Source: Eledone cirrhosa (taxonomy: Eukaryota). From it: a DNA stretch of 64,000 nucleotides. The notes below the pieces were generated by a model, which was not told where the DNA came from, made no database searches, and worked only from the letters and a program-made list of their open reading frames with translations. The stretch covers positions 36,084,001 to 36,148,000 of the forward strand of contig OZ024749.1 in NCBI GenBank assembly GCA_964016885.1. The letters are read 5' to 3'. Every line of letters begins with the position of its first letter. Within the stretch, counting starts at the first letter, position 1. Positions 14,252 through 28,114 of the stretch are shown piece by piece. A program made the position numbers and the translations under genes.

Positions 14252-14592
14252 TCATCATCATCATTTCATTTTACGTCCGCTTTTTCCCTGCTTGCAAGGG
14301 TGGGACGGGAACTGATTCTGGCTTGATTTCTACAGCTGGATGCCCTTCCTAACACCAACCTCATTTACAGTGAGTGCTGGGTGCTTTTTTGCCATGGCAC
14401 CTCCACGACCACTTTGCAGTGGAATGATAGTGACCCCAGTCCTATCATCTCATTTCTACAGCTGAGTAAACTGGAGCAATGTGAAATAAAGTGTCTTGCT
14501 CAAGGAAACAACACATCACCCGGTCTGAGAATAGAACTCACAACCTTTCGATTGCAAGGCCAATGCTCTAACCACTAAGCCATGTGCCTCCA
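14252..14592 (-). mobile_element. Full-length CORE-type tRNA SINE, family 2, with RTE-derived tail
   Basis: Reverse complement of 17295-17641 at very high identity. Confidence 0.9.
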
Positions 14593-14765
14593 TTGTATGT
14601 ACATATGTGTGCATATGTACAGCAGTGTGCGTGCATGTCTGTGTATGCACATGCCTCAGTTTTTGTGTGCATATGTGCAAAATAATGGATGTCCCAGGGG
14701 TTGCCAATCTCTGTGCTGTCTCCTAATCTAATCTAGTGAGCTATGTCCCACTTCAGTAATGTTAT

Positions 14766-14809
<44 letters not shown>

Positions 14810-17294
14810 TGCAGTAGGAGGAGGAGGGGTGGGAGTGAAAGGTCAACCAGCCCTCACACCACACATACCTGTACACCCACCCATCCCCTCTTTCACATCA
14901 CCCCACCCTTCTCCCTAACATACTTTCACCTCCTCTTCCTCCACCTCATACATAGCTATACACTGTTCTACTCCCACCTTCTCTTCCTCCTCCTCCCACC
15001 TATATATTATCCACTCCCCCTCCCACACACCTATTCCTCCCACATATATACCTATATACTGATCTCCCCTTCCTCTTACCTTGGGATTGTTATATCAGCA
15101 GTGAGGAATGTCTATTGTCTTCCTTTGTGACCCCTCCATCACCCACAGGCACCACTACTACCATCTACACTACCCTCACCACCTTTAATGACACCTTCTC
15201 AATGTGACATACTCACTGTTGGAATAGACCTGTCCACATATATATTTAGACTCACACATACATTTAGACAACAGTTGTTACTGTTATGTATATTTAAATG
15301 CTGTTCTGTTGTTGTTTAGCCCTCGGTCAAACCTGACCTAGCAGGCCTATGATCAAAGGTGTCAGTTTTGTCCCTTACCTATCAATGCTCCCATTACTAT
15401 ACTAGTAAGGAAAAGATAGTCTTTGATTTTCAAATCATTTTAAAAACAATCAAGAATTTGGAGGAATGAAGTAATATAGCTCCTTTATTATAAAGTTAGT
15501 GTTTGGAACACAATTTAACACAAGCTTCTTACATAAAATTAAAAAGGTTCTTGAATAAATATAAACACTTTATGTTACCATATTTCTAATGAACGAAAGA
15601 CACTCAATGGTTTTCAAATAATTTTGAATATATTCTCAGAATTTGGAGGGATTTTAGTATTATATCTAACTTTCTCATTAATAAGTTGGTATTTAGAACA
15701 TGGAATGGTTTTTCCAGCACATCTCCCTCACCATCTCCTGTTTACTGGGACCATGGGGCAGCCAGCACATGGGGCCCCTATTTGCTCACAATAGGGGAGA
15801 GCAAGAGAGATGGAGACAGTGGGAGTTTGGTTCTTCTATGTTCAGACCTGGTGTATATATATATGTGTATATAAGAGAGAATGAGTCTTTCCCACTATCA
15901 GCATTTCATGGCTGTTATCATGTGTTTTCTTATAAATTCTTGTGATATTGTCAAAAAGACTGTGGTGAACTTGCACTGACTATTTAACACAAAGTTCTTG
16001 CATTAAATTATGATGGAAGGTTTTTTTGATAAATATAAGCATTTTAAAATAAAGTTTTGTATCCTAGTGTCAGGGGCAATTTAAGATGGTTTGGTATCAA
16101 AAGGGTTAAAAACAGTTACCTTGGCTTAACAGGCTTCACCAATGACATGCGATGTAGGCCAAATATGTCCTCTATGTAAAAGGATATGTGTCACTTGTTC
16201 TTACTAATTACAGTTTACCTACTCAGTAATTCTGACAAATGTAAGTTTACTATTTATAGCTTTCCTCTCTTATCAAATATTATTTATAACTTATGTACCC
16301 ATAGCTACTCTCTATGTCCATACATCCTTGTTTATATTTAAATCAACTACTTAACTCTTTAACATCTTGTGCTCCATGAAACAAGATTAGCAAGACATTC
16401 TTGAAAAGTATAAATCAGCATTATGACTGCATCATATTACAAATTAAAGTCTTTATTCTGATACTGTAAGTTTTCACCACAATCTGTCCACCAGTAAAGA
16501 TACAATAAATATTTGAATTAACAAATCTGCATTTAGATATTTTCTGCTAAATCATTACAGGATGTTAATAGTCAATTCTCTCTCTCTTGCTCTGTTCATT
16601 TGAGGTTCGGCTGACCAAAATACTTATGGAATGACTAAATAAGGTTTATTTTCAACATAGTCCCTGGAAAGAAACAATGCAATTATTTAAGAGTTGAAAT
16701 TAATGTATGCAAGATTTCACAGCTTTAGCATCACTCTTTCATAGTTAGTTTACAAACATTTCAGCTAACCTTTGTACATGCATGTTACATTTAACCCTTT
16801 CTTATGAAATGTACTCAATTTCAATTAATAAATGTTGAAGGAATTACTGAAATTATTTAATCCTGGTTCTTAATAGCTTTCATTCACATTCTCTCGTCAA
16901 TTATCAATATCCAAGTTAACATTTAGACATGTCTAAGTCATCAATTTTAAGTGACCAAGTCATAATTTCTGAATAACTGAGTCATCAGCTATAGTCATCA
17001 TTTGTAAGCAAATCCTTAGTATAAATGTGTGTGTTGTTTATGGAGTTTAGAAGAGGTACACAATATCCCTGTACATTACAAGAAGCCTGGATGTACATCT
17101 TGCTGTATTTATTGCTTCAAATAAGGCCTTATGAGTATGAAGACCATCATGGGGTCCATAAGGCTCAGCCTTGCTTTATCAGGGAAAATGTTAAAACATT
17201 GTGTGTGTGTATATATATATATGTATATATATATGTATATATATATATGTATATATATATATGTGTATATATATATGTATATGTATATATATAA

Positions 17295-17641
17295 TGGAGT
17301 CGCATGGCTTAATGGTTAGAGCATTGGCCTTGCAATCGAAAGGTTGTGAGTTCAATTCTCAGACCGGGTGATGTGTTGTTTCCTTGAGCAAGACACTTTA
17401 TTTCACATTGCTCCAGTTTACTCAGCTGTAGAAATGAGATGATAGGGACTGGGGTCCATATCATTCCACTGCAAAGTGGTCGTGGAGGTGCCACAGCAAA
17501 AAAGCACCCAGCACTCACTGTAAATGAGGTTGGTGTTAGGAAGGGCATCCAGCTGTAGAAATCAAGCCAGAATCGGTTCCCGTCCCACCCTTGCTAGCAG
17601 GGAAAAGCGGACATAAAATGAAATGATGATGAAATGATGAT
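17295..17641 (+). mobile_element. Full-length CORE-type tRNA SINE, family 2
   Basis: A-box TGGCTTAATGG, B-box GAGTTCAATTC, CCTTGAGCAAGACACTT core, tail CCCGTCCCACCCTTGCTAGCAGGGAAAAGCGGAC(ATG)n. Confidence 0.9.
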
Positions 17642-18269
17642 ATATATATATATATATAGTTATACTTTGGGAGAGTCATGCTGCCAAAGTATAACAATAT
17701 CTGTTTCAACACATGTTTTCAGATAAGAAATCTTGCAAAACAAATTCAAAAATGAAATATATATATATATGGACCTCCAACAACTACCACTACACCAACA
17801 TAGAATACACACACATATCCAACAATCGGAATGATGCTATCTTTCCTTGTGTTCTAATTAATAATTACCATTATTTCTTCAAGCTTTCAATGTGAAGAAA
17901 AGGACTTTATTCAAAGAACTCTTCCGCTTCTATTTCCTACTCTTTCCTCTTCTGTCTCCTCAACTAAGACAAACACCCCATTCTCCCCTGCTTTGCCCTT
18001 CCCCTCACTCATCCATTCCTATTTCAGGAAGTCTTCACTCTCTCCTTAAATAAGACATTTACCTCCTCCCCTACTGACCTCACATGTCCTGTCCCCTCCT
18101 CCCTACCACACACACCTATTCCTATTCTAGGGAGTTGGTTATAAAGTCCTTTGTGAAAGGTCAACCTTTAAGTACTGCTCTTGTATTCATTAGGACTTGT
18201 TTCTTCCCTACTTTGTCGGAATCTAAATTCAATTGATGTTTCTATACATCATCATCATTATTATTTAAT

Positions 18270-18460
18270 TAGCTGGATTGGCAGTGTTGGTAGAGGGTCG
18301 GACACCATGCTTTGACACATAGTTATGGCCCTTGCCATTCTGAGTTCAAATCCCACCGAGGTTAACTTTGCCTTTCATCCTTACAGGGGTCGATAAAATA
18401 AAGTACCAGTAATACACTGGGATAATTGCTGGCCTTGTGCCAAAATTAGAAACAATTATT
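18270..18460 (+). mobile_element. SINE family 1 with (TTA)n tail
   Basis: Match to the other copies. Confidence 0.85.
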
Positions 18461-18572
18461 ATTTAATTATTATTATTTAATTATTATTATTTAATTATTA
18501 TTTAATTATTATTATTTATTATTATTTATTTATTTATTTATTTACCCGTCTAACCCATGCTAGCATGGAAGA

Positions 18573-19050
18573 TGGACGTAACTCTGCAATGCATAGCATC
18601 TGACCCTCTAACAATACTGCAAATTAACCACCCTGACAATAATAATAATTGTTTCTACTTTTGGCACAAGGCCAGCAATTATCTCAGTGTATTACTGGTA
18701 CATTGTTTCTGATTAGGCACACGGCCAGCAATTTTAGGGGCTGAGGGGAAAGTTAATTGAATCGATCCCAGTGCATGACTGGTACTTTATTTTATCGACC
18801 TCATAAGGATGAAAGGCAAAGCTAACCTCGACAGGATTCGAACTCAGAACGTAAAGGGCCATAACTCTCAGCCATGAAGCATGGTGTCCGATGCTCTACC
18901 GATACTGCCAATCCACTGCAGTCAAATAAAAATTATCTAGGACAAATATATTATAGAAACTTAAATAAACAACATTAAATATATTTTTTAGTGATTTTAT
19001 AAAAATTTAAATTTCACAATACTTCCTTCCCACCCTCCTCCCCACACATT
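18573..19050 (-). repeat. Inverted duplication of 12540-13020
   Basis: Reverse complement reproduces ~130 bp of unique AT-rich flank plus the same SINE-SINE junctions. Confidence 0.9.
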
Positions 19051-19056
19051 CATTCC

Positions 19057-19258
19057 TCTGCAATGTAAATGTGAGAAAAAGGCAGCCCTTGGATGAACTG
19101 AGGGAGAAACTGGGTTTAAGAGGAATCCAAAGTGGTGTGCACAAGAGAAGATTGCATTGGTATGGACATGTGATATACAAGGATGATGATTGCTGGATGA
19201 AGAAGTGCTAGGAAATCCCAGTGGAGGGAAGCTGCAGTAGAGGTAGACCAAGGAAACG
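19057..19258 (+). mobile_element. RTE LINE remnant
   Basis: LDELREKLGLRGIQSGVHKRRLHWYGHV..KKC*EIPVEGSCSRGRPRK. Confidence 0.85.
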
Positions 19259-20429
19259 TTTCTGTAAACATTGTTGTTTTCAAGGACATATATGACTTAT
19301 GGTCATGCCACTTACCACATGTTTTTAAGGACATGTTCTGGTTTGTGGTCATGTCTCATATCACATGTTTTTAAGGACATGTTCTGGTTTGTGGTCATGT
19401 CATTTACCACATATTCAAATTCACACTCTTTACACCTTTACCAATAAAACATTGTGTCTCCAATTCTTATATTATTTATCAAATCCCGCTGAGGTTAGCT
19501 TTGCCTTTCTTCCTTACAGGGTCAATGAAATAAAGTACCAGTAACACACTGGTGCTAATTTTACTTTCCCCTTCCCTTCAAATTGCTGGCCTTGTGCCAA
19601 AACTAGAAACAGTTATTCTCATCATTGCTGCCATTTTAGTCATGGCCAGCCTTACTATTCTATGTTGTACTGTAATATACTTCACTATACAATACTGTAC
19701 TATATTATACTACACTCTGTAAGACAATCTGTGTTTGTCTGATAAGCTACTTTAAAAAGGTTAACACTGCCACCACCACCAACATCGACACCACCATACC
19801 CTCACTACCACCACCACTGTTGAATTGTTACAAGTCTAATTATCATGGCCGCCACAAATGGAAAACCACTTGGCTTTTAGCTTATGTTTTCTTCTATCGA
19901 TCTCATTTCAACATCAAACCTTTGTCCTCTTTCTCTTCCTCCTTTATACTTTTCTGTTCTCTCTCTCTCTGTCTATCTCTTTTTCTGTTTCACTCTTTTT
20001 CTTTCTGTCTTTCTCGCCCACTCTCTTTCCTACTCTCTCTCTTTCCTACTCTCTTTTTCTCTTTCCCCTTTTACACACAACTTGGTGTAAATGTTTAGAT
20101 CTCCTTCCAACACTAAGAATCAAAAGGATATTAACTCCCACCCTACCCTATCCCACCCCACAAGAAACCCTTTGTTGTTATTGATACTGTATTTTAGCCC
20201 CAGGGCAACCATCATCTAACAGATCTATGATCAAAGAATTTCTATAGTCAGTCTTCTATTATGATTTCATTTAAATTGTGATACTTTATAGGACTGGTGA
20301 AATCAATCCTTTACACCTTGCCATATTGTGGACAGGTACAGTCTACCTAGCTGTCTCCAGTCCACCTTGCTGTATTGCTACACCTGACTACTTTAGACAG
20401 GTACAGTTCACCTTGCTGTTCCTGGTCCA

Positions 20430-21155
20430 CATAGCTCTTCTATCAAATACCATTGATCAAACTCAAGAACTTCTTCATAAAGTCGAATTCTCTACCAGGG
20501 ATATTGGTCTACACATAAATGTTACCAAGATAAAGTACATGTAACTAAACTAAGATGGGAATTTTGTCATACTGGATGGCGAAATACTAAATAGAGTTGA
20601 TGATTCTCTATATTCGGGCAGCTGGATGAATTCATTAAACAAGGACATTGATATTAGAATTTCCAAAGTTTGGGCTGCAATGAACAAAATGGAAAGGCTA
20701 TGGAAGTCAGATGTATTCAGAAAAAATAAAATATCATTCTTCAGAACATCTGTTGAGTCAGTGTTGTTGCATGGATCAAGTACATGGACCCTGTTACAAG
20801 CACTTGAGAAGAAATTAGATGATTCATACGCTAAAAGGATTGGGATTTTACAAAACATAAACTGGCGTCAACATATTACAAATGAAAGTTTATACAGAAA
20901 TTTGCCCAAGATAACAACTATAATTGCTCAAAGAGGGTTATGATTTGCAGGATATTGCTGGAGAAGTAAGCAGGAAGTTATACACAAGCTACTATTGTGA
21001 GAATCAACTCACAGGAGACACAGTAGAGGAAGACCTGCTTGAACATTCATTGATCAACTTTCAAACAATACAAATCTCAGTAGGGAGCAGCTGCTAGGAG
21101 CAATGGAAAATTGTGAATTCTGGAGAATCTTTGTTAGGAATATTCAACCGTGGTT
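20430..21155 (+). mobile_element. RTE-X-like LINE remnant (post-RT-core region to 3' end), pseudogenised
   Basis: IALLSNTIDQTQELL..IGLHINVTKIKYM..FFRTSVESVLLHGSSTWTL..INWRQHITNESLY..FAGYCWR..RGRP, with in-frame stops. Confidence 0.9.
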
Positions 21156-21159
21156 GCAA

Positions 21160-21914
21160 TGTCCATTAGTAAAAAATATGATAAACATTTAGTACAAAAC
21201 AACACTATAATCTGTCCATTGGTAAAGATACTATAAACATTTAGTACAAAACAACACTATAATCTGTCCATTGGTAAAGATACTATAAACATTTAGTACA
21301 AAACAACACTATAATCTGTCCATTGGTAAAGATACTATAAACATTTAGTACAAAACAACACTATAATCTGTCCATTGGTAAAGATACTATAAACATTTAG
21401 TACAAAACGACACTATAATCTGTCCATTGGTAAAGATACTATAAACATTTAGTACAAAACAACACTATAATCTGTCCATTGGTAAAGATACTATAAACAT
21501 TTAGTACAAAACGACACTATAATCTGTCCATTGGTAAAGATACTATAAACATTTAGTACAAAACAACACTATAATCTGTCCATTGGTAAAGATACTATAA
21601 ACATTTAGTACAAAACAACACTATAATCTGTCCATTGGTAAAGATACTATAAACATTTAGTACAAAACGACACTATAATCTGTCCATTGGTAAAGATACT
21701 ATAAACATTTAGTACAAAACGACACTATAATCTGTCCATTGGTAAAGATACTATAAACATTTAGTACAAAACAACACTATAATCTGTCCATTGGTAAAGA
21801 TACTATAAACATTTAGTACAAAACAACACTATAATCTGTCCATTGGTAAAGATACTATAAACATTTAGTACAAAACAACACTATAATCTGTCCATTGGTA
21901 AAGATACTATAACC
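21160..21914. repeat. 52-bp minisatellite, about 14.5 nearly identical units
   Basis: Unit TGTCCATTGGTAAAGATACTATAAACATTTAGTACAAAAC(A/G)ACACTATAATC. Confidence 0.95.
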
Positions 21915-23564
21915 ATTACATTTGAATTAACAATTTCTGAAAGATTCTTATTACCATGCTGAGAAAGCTTTCAATACTTTCTCTATTTCACCACATTGGA
22001 ATTGGTCTTGCTGCTGCTACTACTATTACTACTACTACCACTACTACTACAACACATCTAAACACCTTTCCTTAGTTAAGGTTAACGTTCTTTCGGTTTA
22101 TACCATTTCATGATTCCATCTTGAAGTATTTACAGAAGCTAAACCGATGTTACTGATTTCCACACACATACACCCACATACACTGTACTTACACAATTGA
22201 TGCACTACACTTACACAACAGATACATTAAACTTACACCATACACAGACACATAAACCATGTGCACACATATACCATACACACACACGCTCAGACATACA
22301 CCACACACATACAAACTACATGATGCCCCCGATTGAATCTGGAATCGACTTTACTGAAATGTTGACAGATTAAATGGTTAAACTGTTTAAATTTCTCACT
22401 AAAAAGTAAAAATTTACTCTGGAAATAGCTACTAATCTAAATCTTTTGGAAATATTCTTCAAATACATTGGCATTGATTCTTTTTATTTTTTTTATTTAC
22501 TTATTTCATTTTCTCTTTTTTTTTAATCAAAGATTTGTATAGGGTTTTTTTTTCTATTTGATCTTTGTATATTTTTTTTATTGATTTCTTTTTTTTTTTC
22601 GGTGAATGTTGTTTTTTTTTGCAGAAATAAATATACCACAAAAAAAGTTAAGAAAATGTTTTTTTTAAAAAAGAAATTACCAAAATTTAAAGAAAACTGG
22701 TAATTTATTAATGGGCTGGAAATTTCTCTTAAGATTTACTGAAAATGGAAATAATTCTATGAGAAATGGCATGTCTCCAATATACTCGGAAAAATCGGGT
22801 ATTTCCGCAACGATTAGTTTTAAATGCTGTTGGACTCGGGATCATGAGGTCATGAGTTCCATTGCCTGACTGGATGGAACATAATGTTCTTGAGCAAGAT
22901 ACTTCATTTTATGCCACTTTTCATGACGGAACATAATCAAAACACCCGAGAAACCTGCTATGAGATAGAATCTTGCATTGTACTAGCTTTCCTGACACAA
23001 TCCTAATCACATCTCATAATACTTCATATAAACTATACTGATATATCATCACCATAATCATTTAATGTCAGTTTTCCCTTCTAAGTCATGTCAGTATTTC
23101 ATTGGTGCTACTGTCCTATCAGATGCGCCAAAGTCTTACATGCATTCCTGCACACTTCAGAATGTACTAGGTGCATGTTATCATGGCACCATCACTAGGG
23201 AAGCTGTTATATCTTTAACATGTCTGAAGTGTCCTCTTCAATCTCTGTTTGGCAAGTTTTCTATGGCTGGGTGCCATTTCTATTACCAACTACTTTACAG
23301 AATGTACTGGTTGTGTTTAATCATGTCACCAACATTTGAGAGGCTGTCGTGTCTTTGACACAACTGAAGAGTCCTCTCACCCCTCTTTTGGTATGGTTTC
23401 TACAGCTGTATCCCTTCCTATCACTAACCACTTTACAGACTATACTGGGTGTGTTTTTCAAGGCATCAGCACTAGTGAGGTTGTTAGTCTTTGACTCAAC
23501 AGATGTCTTCTTTACCCTATTGAGTGTGGGATGGTGACTCTATGTATGTATGTATATGTGTGTA

Positions 23565-23601
<37 letters not shown>

Positions 23602-23679
23602 ATACTTCATATAAACTATATTGACATATTATGCTTTATGACTTCTTACCATCCTCACCACTCTCACTGCAGTCACCAT

Positions 23680-24112
23680 CCACACCACCCTCACTACCTG
23701 TTCTACCCTCAGCACCTGCCCCACCCTCACTACCTGTTCCACCTTCACTACCCTCAGCACCTGCCCCACCTTCACCACCCTCACCACCTGCCCCACCTTC
23801 ACCACCCTCACCACCTGCCCCACCTTCACCACCCTCACCACCTGCCCCACCTTCACCACCCGCCCCACCTTCACCACCCTCAGCACCTGCCCCACCTTCA
23901 CCACCCTCAGCACCTGCCCCACCTTCACCACCCTCACTATCTGCCCCACCTTCACCACCCTCAGCACCTGCCCCACCCTCACTACTTGCCCCACTTTCAC
24001 CACCCTCAGCACCTGCCCCACCTTCACCACCCTCAGCACCTGCCCCACCTTCACCACCCTCAGCACCTGCCCCACCCTCACCACCTGTTCCACCTTCACC
24101 ACCCTCAGCACC
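23680..24112. repeat. 27-bp C-rich minisatellite (CACCTGCCCCACCTTCACCACCCTCAG)
   Basis: Tandem units. Explains the HHP/PPS ORFs. Confidence 0.9.
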
Positions 24113-25218
24113 CCCCCTTCACCCCCCCTCCCTCTACTTCATCACAGTGTATGCAGTAGAATACAACAATATATTCTGGCAATGTTTTCCCTATCATTAC
24201 TAATACTCTCATACTTTGCTGCCAACAATAGCAAGACGGACCATTTAATAATGACCAAATGATGGCTTAATATCTTACGATGTTAAACCTTAAGTTATTG
24301 TTAGCTATTTTTGTAAGTTCTCGATAATACCTGCTGATGCTGTTGAATATCTATACATAAACATACACACACAGATATATATATTTGTATATATACATAG
24401 ATAATCTCTATATATATGTATGTATGGATGTATATACACATACATACACATACATACACACACTTCTCTTATGTGTTGCTGCTGCCAATATTACTTTTAT
24501 GATATAATAATTTAATAATAAATCTAATGGTTTTTAATTTAGGCACAAGGCCAGGAGTTTTGTGAGGAGAGAGAGATTGTTTATATTGACCCTAGTAGTT
24601 GACTGGGACTTTATTTTATTGACCTCAGAATGATGAGTTGACCTCGGAGGGATTTGAAATCTGAATGTAAACAGCCAGAAGAAATAGTGCAAAGTATTTT
24701 GTTCAACACTTTAAGAACTTTTCTAATGGCAAAGTGGGGGAACATTCTTGTGATGTTTAAATATAATTGTGAGTGGTTGTGTATGTGTAATGTCCGAAAG
24801 AGTATCCTCGACATTAAACTAACTTAGCCTCATGGTTCCAGCCGGCAAGATGGAGAATATATTGCCCTAGAGGCTGGCGAGAGTGATGCGCTGGAACAGT
24901 GACTCCACCCCAGGGGGCTCGCACCTGTGAGCAGCCAGGTCCACTCCAATAGCAGTGAACAGGGATGTGGTTCGGAAGACAAGATTGCCAGAAGTCTCCA
25001 CTACTACAGGCTCTACCACAAACCTATCGGGGAGTAGCTGATACTTTTCTAATTGACCATATAATAATAGTGAAGACGTGTGGATCAGTGGTTAGTGTTA
25101 CTCAGGATAATATAAGCTCATGGGTTCGATTCCTGAACCAGGAGTCATGCTGTCCTTGAACAGGACACTCCCTTTCAATTTGTTTTATGATAGGAGTGGA
25201 GTCCATTTACCATATACA

Positions 25219-25652
25219 TTAACCCTTTACCATTTACATTACTCTTTATATACTATTGTATTTTCACAGTAAACACATTATTTCACATAATTATCTCATA
25301 TACTATCGAATCTATGAGATTTTGATATTTTTTTATTTTGAAAACGGGCGGTGAATTGGCAGTAGTGGTAGAGGGTCGGATGCCATGCTTTCCAGCATAG
25401 TTACGTCCCTTTACGATCTGAGTTCAAATCCCGCCGAGGTTGACTTTGCTTTTCATCCTTACGGGGTCGATAAAATAAAGTACCAGTAATGCACTGGGTA
25501 TTTGCTGGCCTTGTGCCTAAAGTAGAAACAATTATTTATTTTGAAAACATTACCTTAACATAATTATGAACAGCCAGTTATGGCTGGTTTGAATAGAAAG
25601 AGGTGAGAAAATTCTGGCTGGATACGACTGGTTTAAATGCTGAGGTGGTTAA
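25219..25652. mobile_element. TTAA-flanked MITE family B interrupted by a SINE
   Basis: Reverse-complement similarity to 43196-43423 on both sides of the SINE. Confidence 0.75.
25346..25534 (+). mobile_element. Full-length SINE family 1 with 14-bp target-site duplication
   Basis: TTTATTTTGAAAAC at 25332-25345 and 25535-25548. Confidence 0.9.
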
Positions 25653-25857
25653 ACCAGCCAAGGTATCTCCCATGAGATACAACCATGTAGGAGACCTTCT
25701 AAAGCTACATAGGTGTGAACTGTAAAAAATAGTTTAACATTGGTGATAATAGTTGTAATGTTATCAAAATAACCCGTAATAATAATAATGATGACAATAA
25801 TAATAATAATAGTAGTGTTATTAATAAAGTAGATAAATAAATGGATTGTTTGCATTA

Positions 25858-26355
25858 GGTGAGAGAGGGAGAGAGGGCCTGTGTGTGTGAGAGTGAGGCG
25901 AGGGAGAGAGTGTGTGTGAGAGGCAAGAGAGAGGGGTTGTGTGTGTGTGAGAGATACAGAGGGTGTGAGAGAGAGAGAGACAGAGGGTGTGTGTGAGAGA
26001 TAGACAGAGGGTGTGTGTGAGAGATAGACAGAGGGTGTGTGAGAGAGAGAGGGGGGTTGTGTGTGTGTGTGTGAGAGAGACAGAGGGTGTGTGAGAGAGA
26101 GACAGAGGGTGTGTGAGAGAGAGACAGAGGGTGTGTGAGAGAGAGACAGAGGGTGTGTGAGAGAGAGACAGAGGGTGTGTGAAAGAGAGAGACAGAGGGT
26201 GTGTGAAAGAGAGAGAGGGTGTGTGTGTGTGTGAGAGAGAGAGAGGGTTGTGTGTGTGTGTGAGAGAGAGACAGAGGGTTTGTGTGTGAGAGAGACAGAG
26301 GGTGTGTGTGAGAGAGAGAGAGAGAGGGGTTGTGTGTTGTGTGAGTGAGAGAGAG
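25858..26355. repeat. GA/GT compound minisatellite (GAGACAGAGGGTGTGT)
   Basis: Directly visible. Confidence 0.9.
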
Positions 26356-26519
26356 TGCCGCCAGTAATGTGAATTTGGAGAGTTCTTAGTAAAGATAAAA
26401 ATTTATTTGAATATCGATTATATTTATGATCTGTTTGCATTGTTTTAGAAAAACTGATTTATCTGTCATGTTATACGTATGTATACTCTGTGTTATATTG
26501 TTGCTGTTTGTGTGTCCTT

Positions 26520-27080
26520 TATGTATATATGTATATGTGTATATGTGTGTGTATAAAATGTGTATATTTATGTATATATATATATATATGTATATGTATA
26601 TATGTATATGTATATTTATGTATATATTATATATGTATATGTATATTTATGTATATATTGTATATGTATATTTATGTATATATTATATATGTATATGTAT
26701 ATATGTATATGTATATATGTATATGTATATTTAGTATATATTATATATGTATATGTATATATGTATATGTATATTTATGTATATATTATATATGTATATG
26801 TATATTTATGTATATATTATATATGTATATGTATATTTATGTATATATTATATATGTATGTGTATATATGTTTATGTATATATATATGTATATATATATG
26901 TGTATATATGTTTATGTATATATATATGTATATATATATATATGTACGTATATGTATGTTTATGTATATATATATAGATAGATGTGTGTGTATATATATA
27001 TAGATGTGTGTGTATGTATATATATATATGTGTGTGTGTGTATATATGTATGTGTGTGTATATGTATTTGTATATATGCC
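26520..27080. repeat. (TA/TG)n low-complexity tract; a second tract lies at 27406-27830
   Basis: Directly visible. Confidence 0.9.
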
Positions 27081-28114
27081 ATGATATAGAGATGTAAAAT
27101 TATAGTTACAGGAGTATGTTTGGTTCTCCCTCCCTCTCTCATTGTCTGTATAACACACATACATACACACACACACACACATACACACACATACAGACAT
27201 ACGTGACTGTCTGTCTCTCTTCCTCTTTCTGTTACCTGATTGTGTTGTTCTTTTAGAAACAGTTCAATATGTAATCATGTTATTGAACTATTTCAGAAGA
27301 TTAAAGGATTTTCCTAAATCCCATCATACAAAGCTGCAAAGTAAAAATGTCCCAGAATTCTGCTTAAATTCTTTTCATGTGTTTCTAAACATGTTTTGAG
27401 GTCTAGTGTGTGTCTGTGTGTATATATATGTATGTATGTATGTATGTAGGTATGTATATGTATATTTAATTATAAATATGTGTATATATATATATGTATA
27501 TTTATATTTATATATGTATATTTGTATATATATATTTATATATATATGTATACATATGTATATTTATTTATATATATATGTATACATATGTATATTTATT
27601 TATATGTATATGTATGTATATGTATATATATATATATATGTATATATTTATATATATGTATATATTTATATATATGTATTTATTTATTTATATATATGTA
27701 TTTATTTATATATATGTATTTATTTATATATATGTATTTATTTATATATATGTATATATATATATGTATATTTGTATATATGTATATTTATATATATATA
27801 TATATATTTATTTATATCTATATATATTTATGTAATTTTTCTGTTTTTCTGTAACATTAATAATGAGGGCAATAATAATTGTTTCTACTTTTGACACAAG
27901 CAATTAGAAAGGGAGATGGAAGTCGATTAAATTGAGCCCAGGACGTTACTGGTACTTTATTTTATTGATCCTGTAATATATATATATACATACACACACA
28001 ACATACAGAAAATAGTAGTACTAGGTAATATACACATATTATACAAAGTATCCTGTGACATGCATATATATATATATATATAAGAAATTAAAAGATGGTT
28101 AAAAAAGTTCCATG

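Noticed and set aside
17295-17370. Genuine tRNA genes at SINE heads (also 36149-36206)
   Set aside because: A/B boxes are present but there is no complete cloverleaf or acceptor stem, and the sequence continues into repeat bodies.
20626-20943. Functional reverse transcriptase gene
   Set aside because: Stops and frameshifts on both sides, and the RT catalytic core and endonuclease are absent.
21160-21914. CRISPR array or retrozyme tandem
   Set aside because: No spacers and no CUGANGA/GAAA core found in the 52-bp unit.
23524-24203. His-rich or extensin-like protein
   Set aside because: 27-bp minisatellite open in multiple frames, with no synonymous-site variation pattern or splice context.
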